This document shows, piece by piece, positions 1 to 10,199 of a DNA stretch of 27,799 nt. The DNA comes from Vicugna vicugna (taxonomy: Eukaryota). Position 1 is the first letter of the stretch; the number at the start of each line of letters is the position of its first letter. Location: the NCBI GenBank assembly GCA_013265495.1, contig MU057700.1, forward strand, positions 713,502-741,300. Direction: 5' to 3'. Position numbers and translations under genes: made by a program. The notes beneath the pieces were generated by a model that made no database searches, was not told where the DNA came from, and saw nothing but the letters and a program-made list of their open reading frames with translations.

Positions 1-300
1 CTGGATCCATCCATGTTGCTACACATGGCATTATGTTCTCATTTTTGTGGCTGAGTAGTATTCCATTGTATAAATATACCACTACTTCTTTATCCAGTCA
101 TTCATTGTGGTTTTGATTTGCATTTTCTAATAACTAGTGATGTTGAGCATCTTTTCATGTGCTTATTTGCCATTGTGTATATTCTTTGGAGAATTGTCTA
201 TTAAAATTCTTTGCCCATTTTTAAAATGGTTTTTTTTGTCTTTTTATTGAGTTGTCAGAGTTCTTTATATATTCTGAATATAAATCCCATTCCAGATATG
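1..300 (-). mobile_element. L1 3'-region fragments (ORF2 end/3'UTR), antisense; truncated by the window start
   Basis: Hallmark antisense L1 strings 'atccatccatgttgct...ggctgagtagtattccattgtat' (1-100) and 'cattgtggttttgatttgcatttt...gatgttgagcatcttttcatgtgc' (103-300). Probably two pieces of different age. Confidence 0.85.
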
Positions 301-559
301 ATTTCTTTTCTAACATTTTTGACCTGAATCATATATCTTTCTAGCTAGTTATCATTTTCAACATTACATTACTGTTATTTTTTTCTTCCATTTCCATTAC
401 TAAATGGTTGTTGCCAAAATATAATTGAAAATTTGCATCTAATTAACTAGTGATTTTCATCCTGTGTCCCAGATTAATTTATTGATATAATGGCTTATAT
501 TGATTAAATTTCCTATTGTTGAACTGGCTTTATATTTTTGGAATAGACCTGACCTGGAC

Positions 560-800
560 TTTCATTTATTTAAAAAAACTTATTGAAGGAGGGTATAGCT
601 CAAGTGGTAGAGTGCATGCTTGGCACACACAAGGTCTTGGGTTCAATCCCCTGTATGTCCTCTAAGAACAAATAATAAACCTAATTACCTCCCCTCAAAA
701 ACCCCAAAAATTTATTGAGCACTTCCTATGTTTTAGATGGAAAGTCCATTATGAATAACAGAAAGCCACTGCTTTTGTAGACAGCACATTCCAGTGGGTC
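560..800 (-). mobile_element. L2 3'-end fragment hosting the SINE at 587
   Basis: 'ttcatttatt...tttattgagcacttcctatgttttag' resembles the antisense L2 terminus (cattcattcaacaaatatttattgagcacctactatgtg). Confidence 0.4.
587..705 (+). mobile_element. Camelid tRNA-derived SINE (Vic-1 type), long-tail form
   Basis: A box 'tagctcaagtggtag', B box 'ggttcaatcc', tail 'aataaacctaattacctcccc'. TSD aaaaacttattga (574-586) / aaaaatttattga (706-718). Confidence 0.9.
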
Positions 801-2116
801 ATGATATATTATTTTTATAATATACTCTTGAACTAATATATTAGTAGGTACACTTCCATCAAAACTGTAAGAGAAGTTTTCCTATGATTTTTTGTTAATG
901 ATTTGTGGAGCTCTCCATATTTCGTGGAAAGTGTGTGACATCATGACTAATCTGCTCCTGGAAGGCTGGCTAGAATTCAGGGCAGAGATTCCCAGTCCTG
1001 TTGGCTTTTATATCATCAATGGGTTTACAAATATCATCTTCAGTTATTGGTCTAATAACCTTTTTTTAAGGATCAATTTGTTAAAATTTTACTAGTAAGC
1101 AATGTTTCCTTCTCTATATTCGGAAAATTTACTGCTGTGAAATGCTACATACGATTCTTATAATTTTACTATTCTTGCATCTTTGTGGATATATGTGTTT
1201 CCTCAGCTCTGTTGTATATTTTTGTTTTCTCACTTTCCCCCCAAATTTTGCCCATTTTATGTGACATATTTAAAAAATGCTTTTGGTTTAATTTAGTCTT
1301 TCTCGTTTATTTTGGCTTTATTTTAATTTTCTTTATTTTAGATTTTGTCCTTTTGTTTTCATGCTTTCTTGGTTTGTTATTTTTCATATTTATTTTAGCT
1401 AAATATAAATTTCATAATTATTTTTAGTCTTTAAAAATAAGTTAAAGACAAATTTTCTCTGGAACAGCTTTAGTTGTAGGTCTTAAGTTTTCATGTAATG
1501 AACTTCCCCATTGTTTCTTCCCAGGAAAGTAGTAATTTGGATGTTGGTTACTTTTCTTTGATCTAAAGCTTTTAAGTTAGAGAATGTCTCATTTTATGAG
1601 TTAGTGACTTTTTATTGAGTTTTTTTAAATTTTGGTTTTATAGGTCATAATCAGACAAAGTAGCTTGTAAAACCTCTGATTTGTAGAATTTAGTAACATT
1701 TTCTCTGAAAGCACAGCATAACATAATAATTATAAGTAGCACTTTATTTTCAGATGGTTCCAGTTTAGGGGAACCTGTTAAATGGGGAAAATAGTATCTA
1801 TGTTATATGTTTATCCCCAGTATAAGATAATATATATTTAAAATATTCCATGAAAGACATTCTTCAGAGTAAATGCCTAGTGAAATTAGCTGTCATTAGT
1901 TACCTGAACATGAGAGTTCGGTGAACTCTGCTTGGTAGTCCTTTCTTGTTGACAGAGATATATTGTCTCTTAGTAATTATGATTTGTTCTCTTTAATCAA
2001 ATTATCTTGTCATTGTAACAGTTTTTCTGTTATCTATTTGGATACATACAGATGTGACCTGAGCCTTGGTTGATGTTATCATTGATCATTACATGGTACC
2101 TGCCTTTTCCCTGTTG

Positions 2117-2128
2117 AAAGTTTAAGGC
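2117..2128 (+). repeat. Left target-site duplication of the MESD retrocopy (aaagtttaaggc)
   Basis: Identical 12-mer at 4080-4091. Preceded by 'ttg', resembling an L1 endonuclease TT/AAAA-type site. Confidence 0.9.
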
Positions 2129-4079
2129 AGCAGCGTCTGGCGGCCGGTGCTACGCGGCCAAGGTGGCGGCCTCCGGCTGGACAGGTGCCGCCGTGGTCCT
2201 TCTCTGTGTGTCTGATCTGCTGCTGCCAGCTCGGGTCTTGGCCGCCGACGGCCTCCCGAAACGCCCAGCGAGGCTACCCCGCCTCCCTGGAAGAAGAAGG
2301 ACATTCGCGACTACAGTGATGCGGACACGGACGGCTCGTCTTCTGGAACAGCGGGAGAGAGATGACGGCATAGAAGGACTCCTCCCCGAGCAGGAGACCC
2401 TCCGCACCTGTTGCCTTCTCACAGAGAGACCCCGGCAAGCCTGAGAGCATGCTGAAAATGACGAAAAAGAGCAAGATTCTCATGATGTTTGTCACTGTGT
2501 CGGGAAGCCCCACCAAGAAGGAGACAGAGAAAGTCACGAGCCTCTGTCAGGACAGTCTTTTCAACGCCACCTACGACGTCCAGAGGCTCCTCGTGGGGTC
2601 AGACCGCCCCATCGTCATGCTTCGTGATGGAAGCCGCGCCTGGGAGAGCAAGGGCTTTTTGGTCAGTCAAGACAGGTGCGCTGATGTAACTCTGGAGGGA
2701 CAGGTGTATCCTGGCAAAGGAGGAGGAAGCAGAGAAAAATAAAACCAAGCAAGAGAACGCAAAAAGAAGAAGGAGGGAGAGCCAAAGTCCCCAGCTTCAG
2801 AGGAAGACAACAGAGCTGTGAGTGAAAGAGAAGAGCTGTGAGGGGGTTGCGCTGCTCTGCGGGGGAGCGTGCGCGCGGAGATGGGGGCGGGCGTGGGGAA
2901 CCGCACACGAATGGAATTCCAGTTTCTTCTAGGAAAGGTCTGCCACGTGACCAGTTTGTGGTCAGCATAAGAATTACAGTGTAAAAGTCTTCCAGTAAGA
3001 AGACAGAGGTTTTGTAATTAACATGGGACCCTGACACATTGACGTCTACTATCAGATCACTTTAGATGGAGAGCTGACGGTGTTGCTTTTTTCCATTTAA
3101 ATGTGCGTGGGGAGGCCGCCAGTCGGACTGTGGCACGGCTCCCCTCAGTGCACCTCAGACCCAGCAGCTTGCTGCGTCCAGGTGTTCCATTTTCCCTTAA
3201 CTGAAAGGATACCAGGTTCTAATCAAACTTTAAAACTATTGATTTAATTGAATCAAGCTTTTCATGCCGCAGACATCACTACCATTACTGTGGGAGCGCC
3301 GGCATCTCAGTACACAATCAGGGTGTGTAAATCACAGATCTATGCAGAAAATGCAGAGAGCGGAAGACTACCTAACTTGGAAATCCTGAATATTCACTTT
3401 GAGTTTCTTGGACTTGAATTCGTCTCATCAGTTACAGAGAGCTCTTGGTGTTTGTCAGGTTTTATGGGGTCTGTCTGTTTAAGGGGGTCTGTCAGAAGAG
3501 GACTTTATTTAGGAAAGAGTCATGCTGGTGTTGAGAGCTGTGTGTTCCATTAAAATGTGATCATTTTAAAGGGTGTAAATCAGGCATCAGCAGAGACCCT
3601 TGCGGGGGGGGGGGTAGCAGAGGACTGGTAACCTCATTCATTTCTAAACTTTTTTTTTTTTTTGATAACGTGCCTAAATTTGTGGTGTTTTTCGTATGGT
3701 ACTATCATGATGTACTGCGTGTCTAATTTTGCTGTTCTATGTCAGAGCCCGCTCTGAGTAAGAGCTGCAGAATTTATACACAGGTGTCATTTTTAAGAAC
3801 TAAAATTACTTGTTAAAAAAACTTCCATTGTGATTTTAACAAATTAAAAATAGCACATGGTTAGGAAACATCAACACTGAAGAATAGGACAAAGCAAAAT
3901 GTCTTCACCTCCCCATTGCCACTGCCTTGCCCCAGTGGAAGCTACTGTTCATTTGTTTTAAAAAAAGTACACTTACTGGTTTATAGTGATGTGTATTTGT
4001 TTGGGCCTCATAGCACCTATTTCCGCCCTCCCCTTTTTTTAAGAGAAAATACAGTATGAGTACTTTATTTAAAAAAAAT
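2129..4079 (+). pseudogene. MESD: Processed pseudogene of MESD (LRP chaperone MESDC2): 5'UTR remnant, disrupted CDS 2163-2841, about 1.2 kb 3'UTR, short A-tail
   Basis: Stitched frames give AASGW..AVVLLCVSDLLL / PPPWKKKDIRDYSDAD / ARLLEQRERDDGIE / PSAPVAFSQRDPGKPESMLKMTKKSKILMMFVTVSGSPTKKETEKVTSLCQDSLFNATYDVQRLLVGSDRPIVMLRDGSRAWESKGFLVSQDRCADVTLEGQVYPGKGGGS / KKKKEGEPKSPASEEDNRAVSEREEL*. This matches MESD, including the C-terminal REEL ER-retention signal. It is intronless, the start codon is ATG>GTG, there are several frameshifts, and it has an A-tract (4071-4078) and a 12-bp TSD. Confidence 0.96.
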
Positions 4080-4091
4080 AAAGTTTAAGGC
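4080..4091 (+). repeat. Right target-site duplication of the MESD retrocopy (aaagtttaaggc)
   Basis: Identical to 2117-2128 and directly follows the A-tract. Confidence 0.9.
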
Positions 4092-5230
4092 TACAAATTT
4101 TTCTTAATCTGATATAAATAAGACCATGCTTACTTCCCTTTATTTGCAATTTTTGTAATATTTTGTGCATTGCATTCCTTCTTTTATAACCATTCTTTAT
4201 TGCTTTGTTTTAGATTTATTTTTTGTAAACAACAAATGGCAACATCTTGTTTTTTTAGACCAAAATGACATTCTGTATTGGATAAGAAATATATCCATTC
4301 ACATTATATATGATAATTCATGTATTTGGTTTTACATATCTGTCTTAGTTTCCTAAATACTGTGTTTGAATACACATAATACAATATGTAACATAATTTT
4401 TTTTTTTTTGGTGCCGAAACCCAGGAATGAACCTATCATAGCTTATACTACTAATTATACTTTTTCAGAATCTTTACCTTTTCTGGCATATGCATATTTT
4501 TCATTATTTCATCTTTCTTCTCTGTTAATTTGATAGTTTAGTGATTTTCAATTCTCAGAGCTACCAACCACACCTAAATATTACAACTGAACTTACATCT
4601 CCTAACATATCGGGATGACTTCACTGCTCGTCTGCTGCTCCTCTTCCCCGGCCCCTCTTGGATGACCTTAGTAAGTTTTAAGTTGTCCGTCTACCCCACT
4701 CCACACCCAGACTCCATTGTGCTAACTTGTCAGTGTATTACTGGCTCTTCTCTTACAGAAAGTCTTTTCTCTTTCAGGAAGTCTTCTCGAACATTATGTT
4801 ATACATTTCAAATCATGTTAATATCATCCATCTAGTTGTAAACATACGTCAATAACAAGATCTGTTGTTTCTCACTCTTTCCTGTCCTTTTCGCCTTCCC
4901 CTTGCTTGAGACTTGTTTGGCAGCTTGTTAGCACCTCCTTAGTGTTTTCTCTGCAGAGATTACATGGTGATTTATTGCCTGAGGCCCTGCTTATTTGAAC
5001 ACGTCTGATTTGGGGGCCTTCCATATGAAAGACAGTTTTTTTTTAATGTATAATATTCCTGGATTGAAATTCTTCTCTTGTAATCCCACGGTCTTTTTGC
5101 TTTTGCCACTGCAGAGGGGAAATCCAAAACTAGGGTACTTCTTTTTACTTTATGAGTCAGCTGTTCTTTCATCAGGAAGCTTGTAAGAGTTTACCCTTGT
5201 CATTCAGAATTATATAAACGTATGACTCAG
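4092..5230 (-). mobile_element. Old L1ME-type element, antisense (continuation after the MESD insertion)
   Basis: 'tttttcttaatctgatataaataagaccatgcttacttccctttatttgc', and 'gaaagacagtttt...gtataatattcctggattgaaattcttctc' typical of L1ME antisense. Confidence 0.5.
4397..4433 (-). pseudogene. Retroposed 3' fragment of mature tRNA-Phe(GAA): positions 52-76 with CCA, plus a 12-nt poly(A)
   Basis: Reverse complement of 4409-4433 is GGTTCATTCCTGGGTTTCGGCACCA, versus tRNA-Phe GGTTCGATCCCGGGTTTCGGCA+CCA (22/25). It is followed on the minus strand by A12 (T-run 4397-4408). Confidence 0.75.
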
Positions 5231-5239
5231 TGTGTCTTT

Positions 5240-6130
5240 TTCATTAATTCTGGGTTGGTGGTTTTCTTCTTTTATCACTTTGGATATTTCACTCCACTGT
5301 CTCCTTGCTTGAATAGATTCTGAGACTTTTATACTTGTTCCTTTGAAGGTAAGGATCACCCCCATCAACTACCCCACTCCTCCCCCGCCTTCTTAGCTTC
5401 TTTCAAGATCTTTTGTTTTGGGGTTTCTGCAATTTGATATGATATGACTAGATGTGGTTTTTGTGGGTATTTATCTAGCTTGATAGTCTCTGAGCTTCCT
5501 GGATTTGTCATTAGTTTTAGACTGTTTTTGGTTATGTACTTCAGATATTTCTTTGGCTCTGTTCCTTCTTCTTTTGGTATTCGAGTTATGCATATATTAT
5601 ACTTTTTGAGGTTGTCCCAGAATTCTTGAAAGTTCTGTTTTTTTCTTTCTTTTTCTCTTCACATTTCAGTTTGTGAAGCTCTTGTTGACCTGTTTTCAAG
5701 TTCACTGGTTCTTTCCTTGGCTCGTGTGTGACTTGTACATTTTGACTTCTAGCACTTACTTTTGATTTTTTCCTAGAATTTCTATTTCTCTACTTATATT
5801 ACTCATTTGTACTTGAATGTTGTCTAATGTTTTCATCAACACATTAGAGTTAGTTTAAACTCCTTGTCTGATAATTCCAACATTTGTGTTGTATCTGAGT
5901 CTGTTCTGATGATTTCTTCATCGTTTCTGAGTCTGTTTTTCTTGCTTTTTGGTTTGTCTTGCAGTCGTTTGTTATGAGCTGGACATGTATCTGGTAATAG
6001 AACTGAGGTAAATAAGTTTTTAGTGTGAGGATTTATGTTATTCTGGCTAGGAGTTAGGCTATATTTAATGTTGGTTGTAGCTGTAGGTGCCAGAGTCCTC
6101 ACATTCCTTTAGCATCCTTATTTTTGACTC
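5240..6130 (-). mobile_element. L1MC/L1MD-type 5' part (ORF1 region), antisense
   Basis: The minus-strand ORF 5836-6102 contains 'DSDTTQMLELSDKEFK', typical of old L1M ORF1. Flanking 'atatttcactccactgtctccttgcttg' motif. Confidence 0.75.
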
Positions 6131-6138
6131 CCCTAGAT

Positions 6139-6772
6139 CACTGGCTTTTAAACTTCAGTGTCTCATACCTGGAGGGCTTGTTAAAACACAATTCAATAAG
6201 TCCCACTCCCAGAATATCTGTATTAGTTATCTAATGCTGCACTAGAACGTACCCCGAGCTTCTTAAGACAGCAAGAAATACTTGTTATCTCATGCAGGGG
6301 CCTCATGAGGCTGTAGCCATCTGAAGCTTAACTGGGGCTGGAAGATTTGCTTCCGTGATGGCTCACTCACATGGCTGGCAAATTAGTACTGATGTTTGGA
6401 GGCCTCATTTCCTCCCCGGGTGGACTTCTCCATGGGGCTGCTGGAGTGTCCTAGTGACATAGCAGGTGGTTTTTCCTGGAGAAAGTGATCCATGAAGGGG
6501 CAGAGTGGAAGGAACAGTGTTCTTCTGTGACCTGGCCTCATTAGTCATACTCTGCTATTTCTGCAACATCCTGTTGGTCACAGAGGTCAGCCCTGTTTAG
6601 TGTGGGACAGGACTGCATGCAGTCATGAATCCTGAGAGGTGAGAATCGTTGGTGACCACCTTGGAAACTGGCTGTGATGTTAGGTGTGGAATGGGGCCTG
6701 AGGATTCTGCATTTCTGGCAGGTTCCCAGCCAACGCTGACGTTGACCTATGGACTGCACTTTGACAACACTG
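6139..6772. mobile_element. MER5A/B-type hAT-Charlie non-autonomous DNA transposon, split by an MLT1 LTR
   Basis: Left arm 'cactggcttttaaac...cctggagggcttgttaaaacaca' (6139-6218). Right arm 'ggggcctgaggattctgcatttct...cactttgacaacactg' (about 6680-6772). Confidence 0.8.
6219..6675 (-). mobile_element. MLT1F/G-type MaLR solo LTR
   Basis: Begins 'tgtattagttatctaatgctgc' (reverse complement of the MLT1 end) and contains 'ggggctggaagatttgcttcc..gatggctcactcacatggctggcaa' and 'ttggtcacagaggtcagccctg'. Confidence 0.85.
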
Positions 6773-7629
6773 TCCCAGGGACGCCCAAGAAAAGCTATTG
6801 GAATATGGGAAGGAATTATTAACATATCTATATACAGATATTTGAGTTTCAAAAATAAGAATGAAATTTCATGTATATATAAATACATAAATAGCTATGC
6901 TACGTGAGTGCTCCAATTTTAATTAGCGGGTAAGTGATCAAATATTTTGGAACCCTTAGGCTGTAGGATCATGTCCTCAATTACTTTTAATCTTGCTCTT
7001 GATTATGTCTTTGAGGCTTTATCTTAATACATCTCAAACCCTTTTCTCCTATCATGTAGTTCCAATAATTATCAAGTATTTTTTAATGCTTCCATGCCTT
7101 TTTTATGTAGTTCGCCCAGATTTATAAAGAGCACATGATTTTTGTGTTAAGACTTAGTGCTTTACCCCTCAGTAGAGCTCAACCTGATAATACAAAATAG
7201 AACTTAAACTTTTCTCCCCCCTTTGCAACTACCCATTTATGTTTCAGAGACTCTTAACATTGCTTCTATACAATTTTTTTGCAGATATTTATGTTTAAAT
7301 GTGTTTTTTGATCTGATTATAAACTCCTTGAGAGCAGGATTAAGGATTATTCTTTTATTGATCTTCATAGTCCCAGAAATTGGAAGAGTTCCTGGCACAC
7401 TGGCAGCACCTCATACACTTTTTGTGTGGATTAAGAAATTAATACACTGGCAGGTCCTTATACCAGGATTCCTCATTTTCCCACAACATATAATAGTGAC
7501 AGAAGGGATCCTATGTTGCATTTTCCCTTCAACTGTTAACTGTGAACATGGCAGGATGTTAGATCCCCAACACACTGCATGTTATCCAGTTCTGGTCACT
7601 CTGGATTGAACACAGATGTGCTGTTTCAG

Positions 7630-7755
7630 AGGCTAGTGTCATTCGAGTATGTGACTGTGGGCTTCACCCAGGAGAAGTGGCAGTACCTGGACCCTGCTTA
7701 GAGGGCCCTGTACAGGGACGTGATGCTGGAGAACTATAGCTACCTCCTCTCGTGG
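7630..7755 (+). pseudogene. KRAB-A exon, disabled
   Basis: Acceptor tttcag (ends 7629), donor gtaag (7756). Translates [42 protein letters not shown]. In-frame TAG at 7699-7701; 126 nt instead of the usual 127. Confidence 0.95.
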
Positions 7756-8032
7756 GTAAGGAATTGCATAATTTGTAACTTCAAGTAACATTTGTTTCCT
7801 TTTTAGCTGCTGATATAGGTGATTTATCTGTAGAGATTAATGATTTATAGATTTGAAATTCAGGGGTCAGAGGTGATGGATCCCTTTCAGGGACTACAGA
7901 GAACACTGTTTCCTCTTCCCCAGTGAAATGTTCAAGTGGACCTACCTTCATGCAGGCATAGCTTTGTTCTCCTTTAAGGGTCCTGAACTTCAGGCCACCT
8001 GTTCCAAGTCCTATGCAATTTCCCATTTACAG

Positions 8033-8128
8033 GGTATTGTGTTACCAAACCGGAGGTGATTTTCAAATTGGAGCAAAGAGAAGAGCCATGGGTATTAGAG
8101 GAAGAGTCCCAAAGCCAGAGCCGCCCAG
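8033..8128 (+). pseudogene. KRAB-B exon (96 nt), splice donor mutated
   Basis: Acceptor tttacag (ends 8032). Translates (G)YCVTKPEVIFKLEQREEPWVLEEESQSQSRP. The donor reads gggagt instead of gtgagt (8129-8134). Confidence 0.93.
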
Positions 8129-8794
8129 GGGAGTTAGTGAGCGCAGAGGTTACTGTAACCTGGGGAGGAACTGGATCCCAGAGAGTTAGTTCAGATGTTG
8201 GCATCTTTGAGATTTTTCAGGAATTTTTTTGTAGACTTAGTAGAACTTTGTAAGTGATTGAGTGAATAATTGGCTTTTATGCCTCAGATGCGTAATCACA
8301 CTGGCAGATAACAGCTAAACGACTTCTTGGGTTTTCTTCCAAAAATCCAATTCTTGCCTCTCTGTTTAAATATTTGATTATTATTTCCACATTAATTTCA
8401 GCTGTCTTTTTAAAATCTTATACTATGTATTCATTCAATAAGTATTAATTTGACATCTACTGTATGCCAGGTTTGTCATGTGTGCTGAGGATACACCTGC
8501 TAACAATATGATGCCTGCATTTTAGTGGCAAAAGAGAATGAAATGTGCTGTTTATGAAAGTGTGTTCAGGAAAGAGCCTCTTTGAGGTCAATACTATAAT
8601 TAACATAGATGTGAATGGAGTGAGACAGTAGATTTTGAATATTCCAGCCAGATGGCATGAACCTGAGGCCAGGAGTGTGTGTGCCAGGCTGGATAGAGGT
8701 CAGTGAGTAACGGCGAGTGTATTAGACATGGTGTCAGAGAGGTAGTTGGGGCCAGGTTGTGGCCTTGCTGGCTGTTGAAAGCTCCTTAATTCTA

Positions 8795-8934
8795 GTAAGG
8801 GTTGTTTTGTTTTGTTTTGTTTTGTTGTTGTTTTGTTGTTGTTTTTTTAATTTTTAATGGAGGTGGTGGGGATTGAAGACAGGACCTTGTGCATGCTAAG
8901 CATGCACTCTAAAACTGAGCTATTTTCCTCCCCC
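8795..8934 (-). mobile_element. Camelid tRNA-derived SINE, short form with (GTTTT)n/(GTT)n tail
   Basis: Antisense 'ggggattgaa..caggaccttgtgcatgctaagcatgcactct..actgagcta'. TSD aaagctccttaattcta (8778-8794) / aaaactccttaattcta (8935-8951). Confidence 0.92.
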
Positions 8935-8999
8935 AAAACTCCTTAATTCTAATTAACATGGAATCATTGGAAGGTTTTGAGCAAAGGGGCACATGTTCT

Positions 9000-9098
9000 T
9001 TTTTTTTTTTTTTTAAATGGGGGTACGGGGGATTGAATCCAGGCCCCACCTCGTGCATGCTAAGTGTGCCCTCTACTACTGAGCTATTCCCACCCCTC
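9000..9098 (-). mobile_element. Camelid tRNA-derived SINE, short form
   Basis: Poly-T followed by 'gggggattgaatccagg..cctcgtgcatgctaag..ctctactactgagcta'. TSD aaggggcacatgttct (8984-8999) / aaggagcacatattct (9099-9114). Confidence 0.92.
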
Positions 9099-9504
9099 AA
9101 GGAGCACATATTCTAATCAGATTCAGGTATATCTCTGGTTGCTGTACAGTAGAAACGCTGACAGAATTGTGGGGTGGAGGGAAGAATAAAGTCAGGAGGG
9201 CAGTTAGAAGTTCTCCATGTGAGAGATTGTGGTGCTTATACTGGCTTGAAAATAGTAAAAGTAAAGTGGCAAAGTTGGATTCTTGATACATTTTGAAGTT
9301 GTAGCCAAGACAGGATTTGCTGTTAGATTGGATTATGGGTACAGGAAAAAGAGAATAAAACTCAAAAATTTTTTCCCAGAGGCACTGGATACCTGGTAAT
9401 ACCTGTAACTCAGTTGGGGGAACTTGAGGGGAAGCAGTTTTGGAAGGAAATAAGTGAGGACATGGGTAATTTAAACAAATATTGTTTGTTTTAAACAATA
9501 TTTA

Positions 9505-9982
9505 CAGATGATCCCCAACTTACAATGATTCAACTCATGATTTTTCAACTTAATTGGTGTGAAGGCAATACGCATTCACTAGAAACCATACTTTGAATTT
9601 TGCTCTTTTCCCTGGGCCAGAGATCTGGTGTAGGATCCTCTCTGGTGCTGCTGGGCAGGGGCAGCTGCAGCCCCCAGTCAGCCACATGCCCACTGGGGTG
9701 GGCAGCCATTCTGGGCCCAGACAGCCGTTCTGCTTTTCACTTCAATACAGTATTCAATAAATGACATGAGATATTCAACACTTTATTGTAAAATAGGCTT
9801 TGCAGTAGATGATTTGCCCAACTGGAGGCTAATGTAAGTGTTCTGAGTACATTTGAGGTAGGTGAGGCTAGGCTATGATGTTCAGTAGGTTAGGTGTATT
9901 ATATGCACTTTCAGCTGGTGATATTTTCAACTTACAAAGGGTTTTGGGGGACATAACCACATTGTAAGTTGAGGAAGATCTG
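9505..9982. mobile_element. Tigger5/MER47-type TcMar non-autonomous DNA transposon, full length
   Basis: TIRs cagatgatccccaacttacaatg ... cattgtaagttgaggaagatctg, with TA duplicated at 9503-9504 and 9983-9984. Internal 'aggctaggctatgatgttcagtaggttaggtgtatt'. Confidence 0.92.
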
Positions 9983-10199
9983 TAGTAGTAATGTTTATTC
10001 TGTTGGGTAGAAAAACAAAAGTAAATTATTGAAAAATGATAGCATATAAATTATTTAACCAATTGATTAGACTCATGTTCTAATATCCTTGTATTGTTTA
10101 GAATAAGTGTTGTTCAGTTAAATGTGAAGTTCAGATTTAATGAGTAAATGTCAAAAGTAATGTGTAATTTCTAAACTTTTGAAGAGAATAAAATGGAAA

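Larger units (their letters stand above)
330..2116 (-). mobile_element. Old, degraded L1M/L1ME-type ORF2, antisense (left part; interrupted by a SINE, an L2 piece and the MESD retrocopy)
   Basis: T-rich sequence with eroded antisense ORF2 motifs (e.g. 'aaattttctctggaacagctttagttgtagg', 'ttatctatttggatacatacag...ttatcattgatcattacatggtacc'). Reads continuously into 4092+ once the retrocopy is removed. Confidence 0.55.
8428..9470 (-). mobile_element. L2 (L2a-like) 3' portion carrying two SINE insertions
   Basis: 'tattcattcaataagtattaatttgacatctactgtatgccagg', 'gaatcattggaaggttttgagca', 'tacattttgaagttgtagccaagacaggatttgctg' are standard antisense L2 strings. Confidence 0.85.

Noticed and set aside
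587..660. tRNA gene (A and B boxes present)
   Set aside because: It has a SINE tail and TSD, there are four related copies in the window, and the cloverleaf is degenerate.
2449..2742. 97-aa ORF matching the MESD core as a functional gene
   Set aside because: It is a fragment of a processed pseudogene. The start codon is lost, the signal peptide is in another frame, a TAA precedes the REEL tail, and conserved residues are radically changed.
4409..4426. tRNA-Phe primer-binding site of an endogenous retrovirus
   Set aside because: The match extends past the 18-nt PBS limit into the T-loop, is preceded by a T-run, and no LTR or internal ERV sequence flanks it. The upstream 'gtaaca' keeps this as a minor alternative.
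8056..8253. 65-aa KRAB-B read-through ORF
   Set aside because: It starts at a GTG inside the exon and is out of frame with KRAB-A after the 1-nt deletion; a by-product of the donor mutation.
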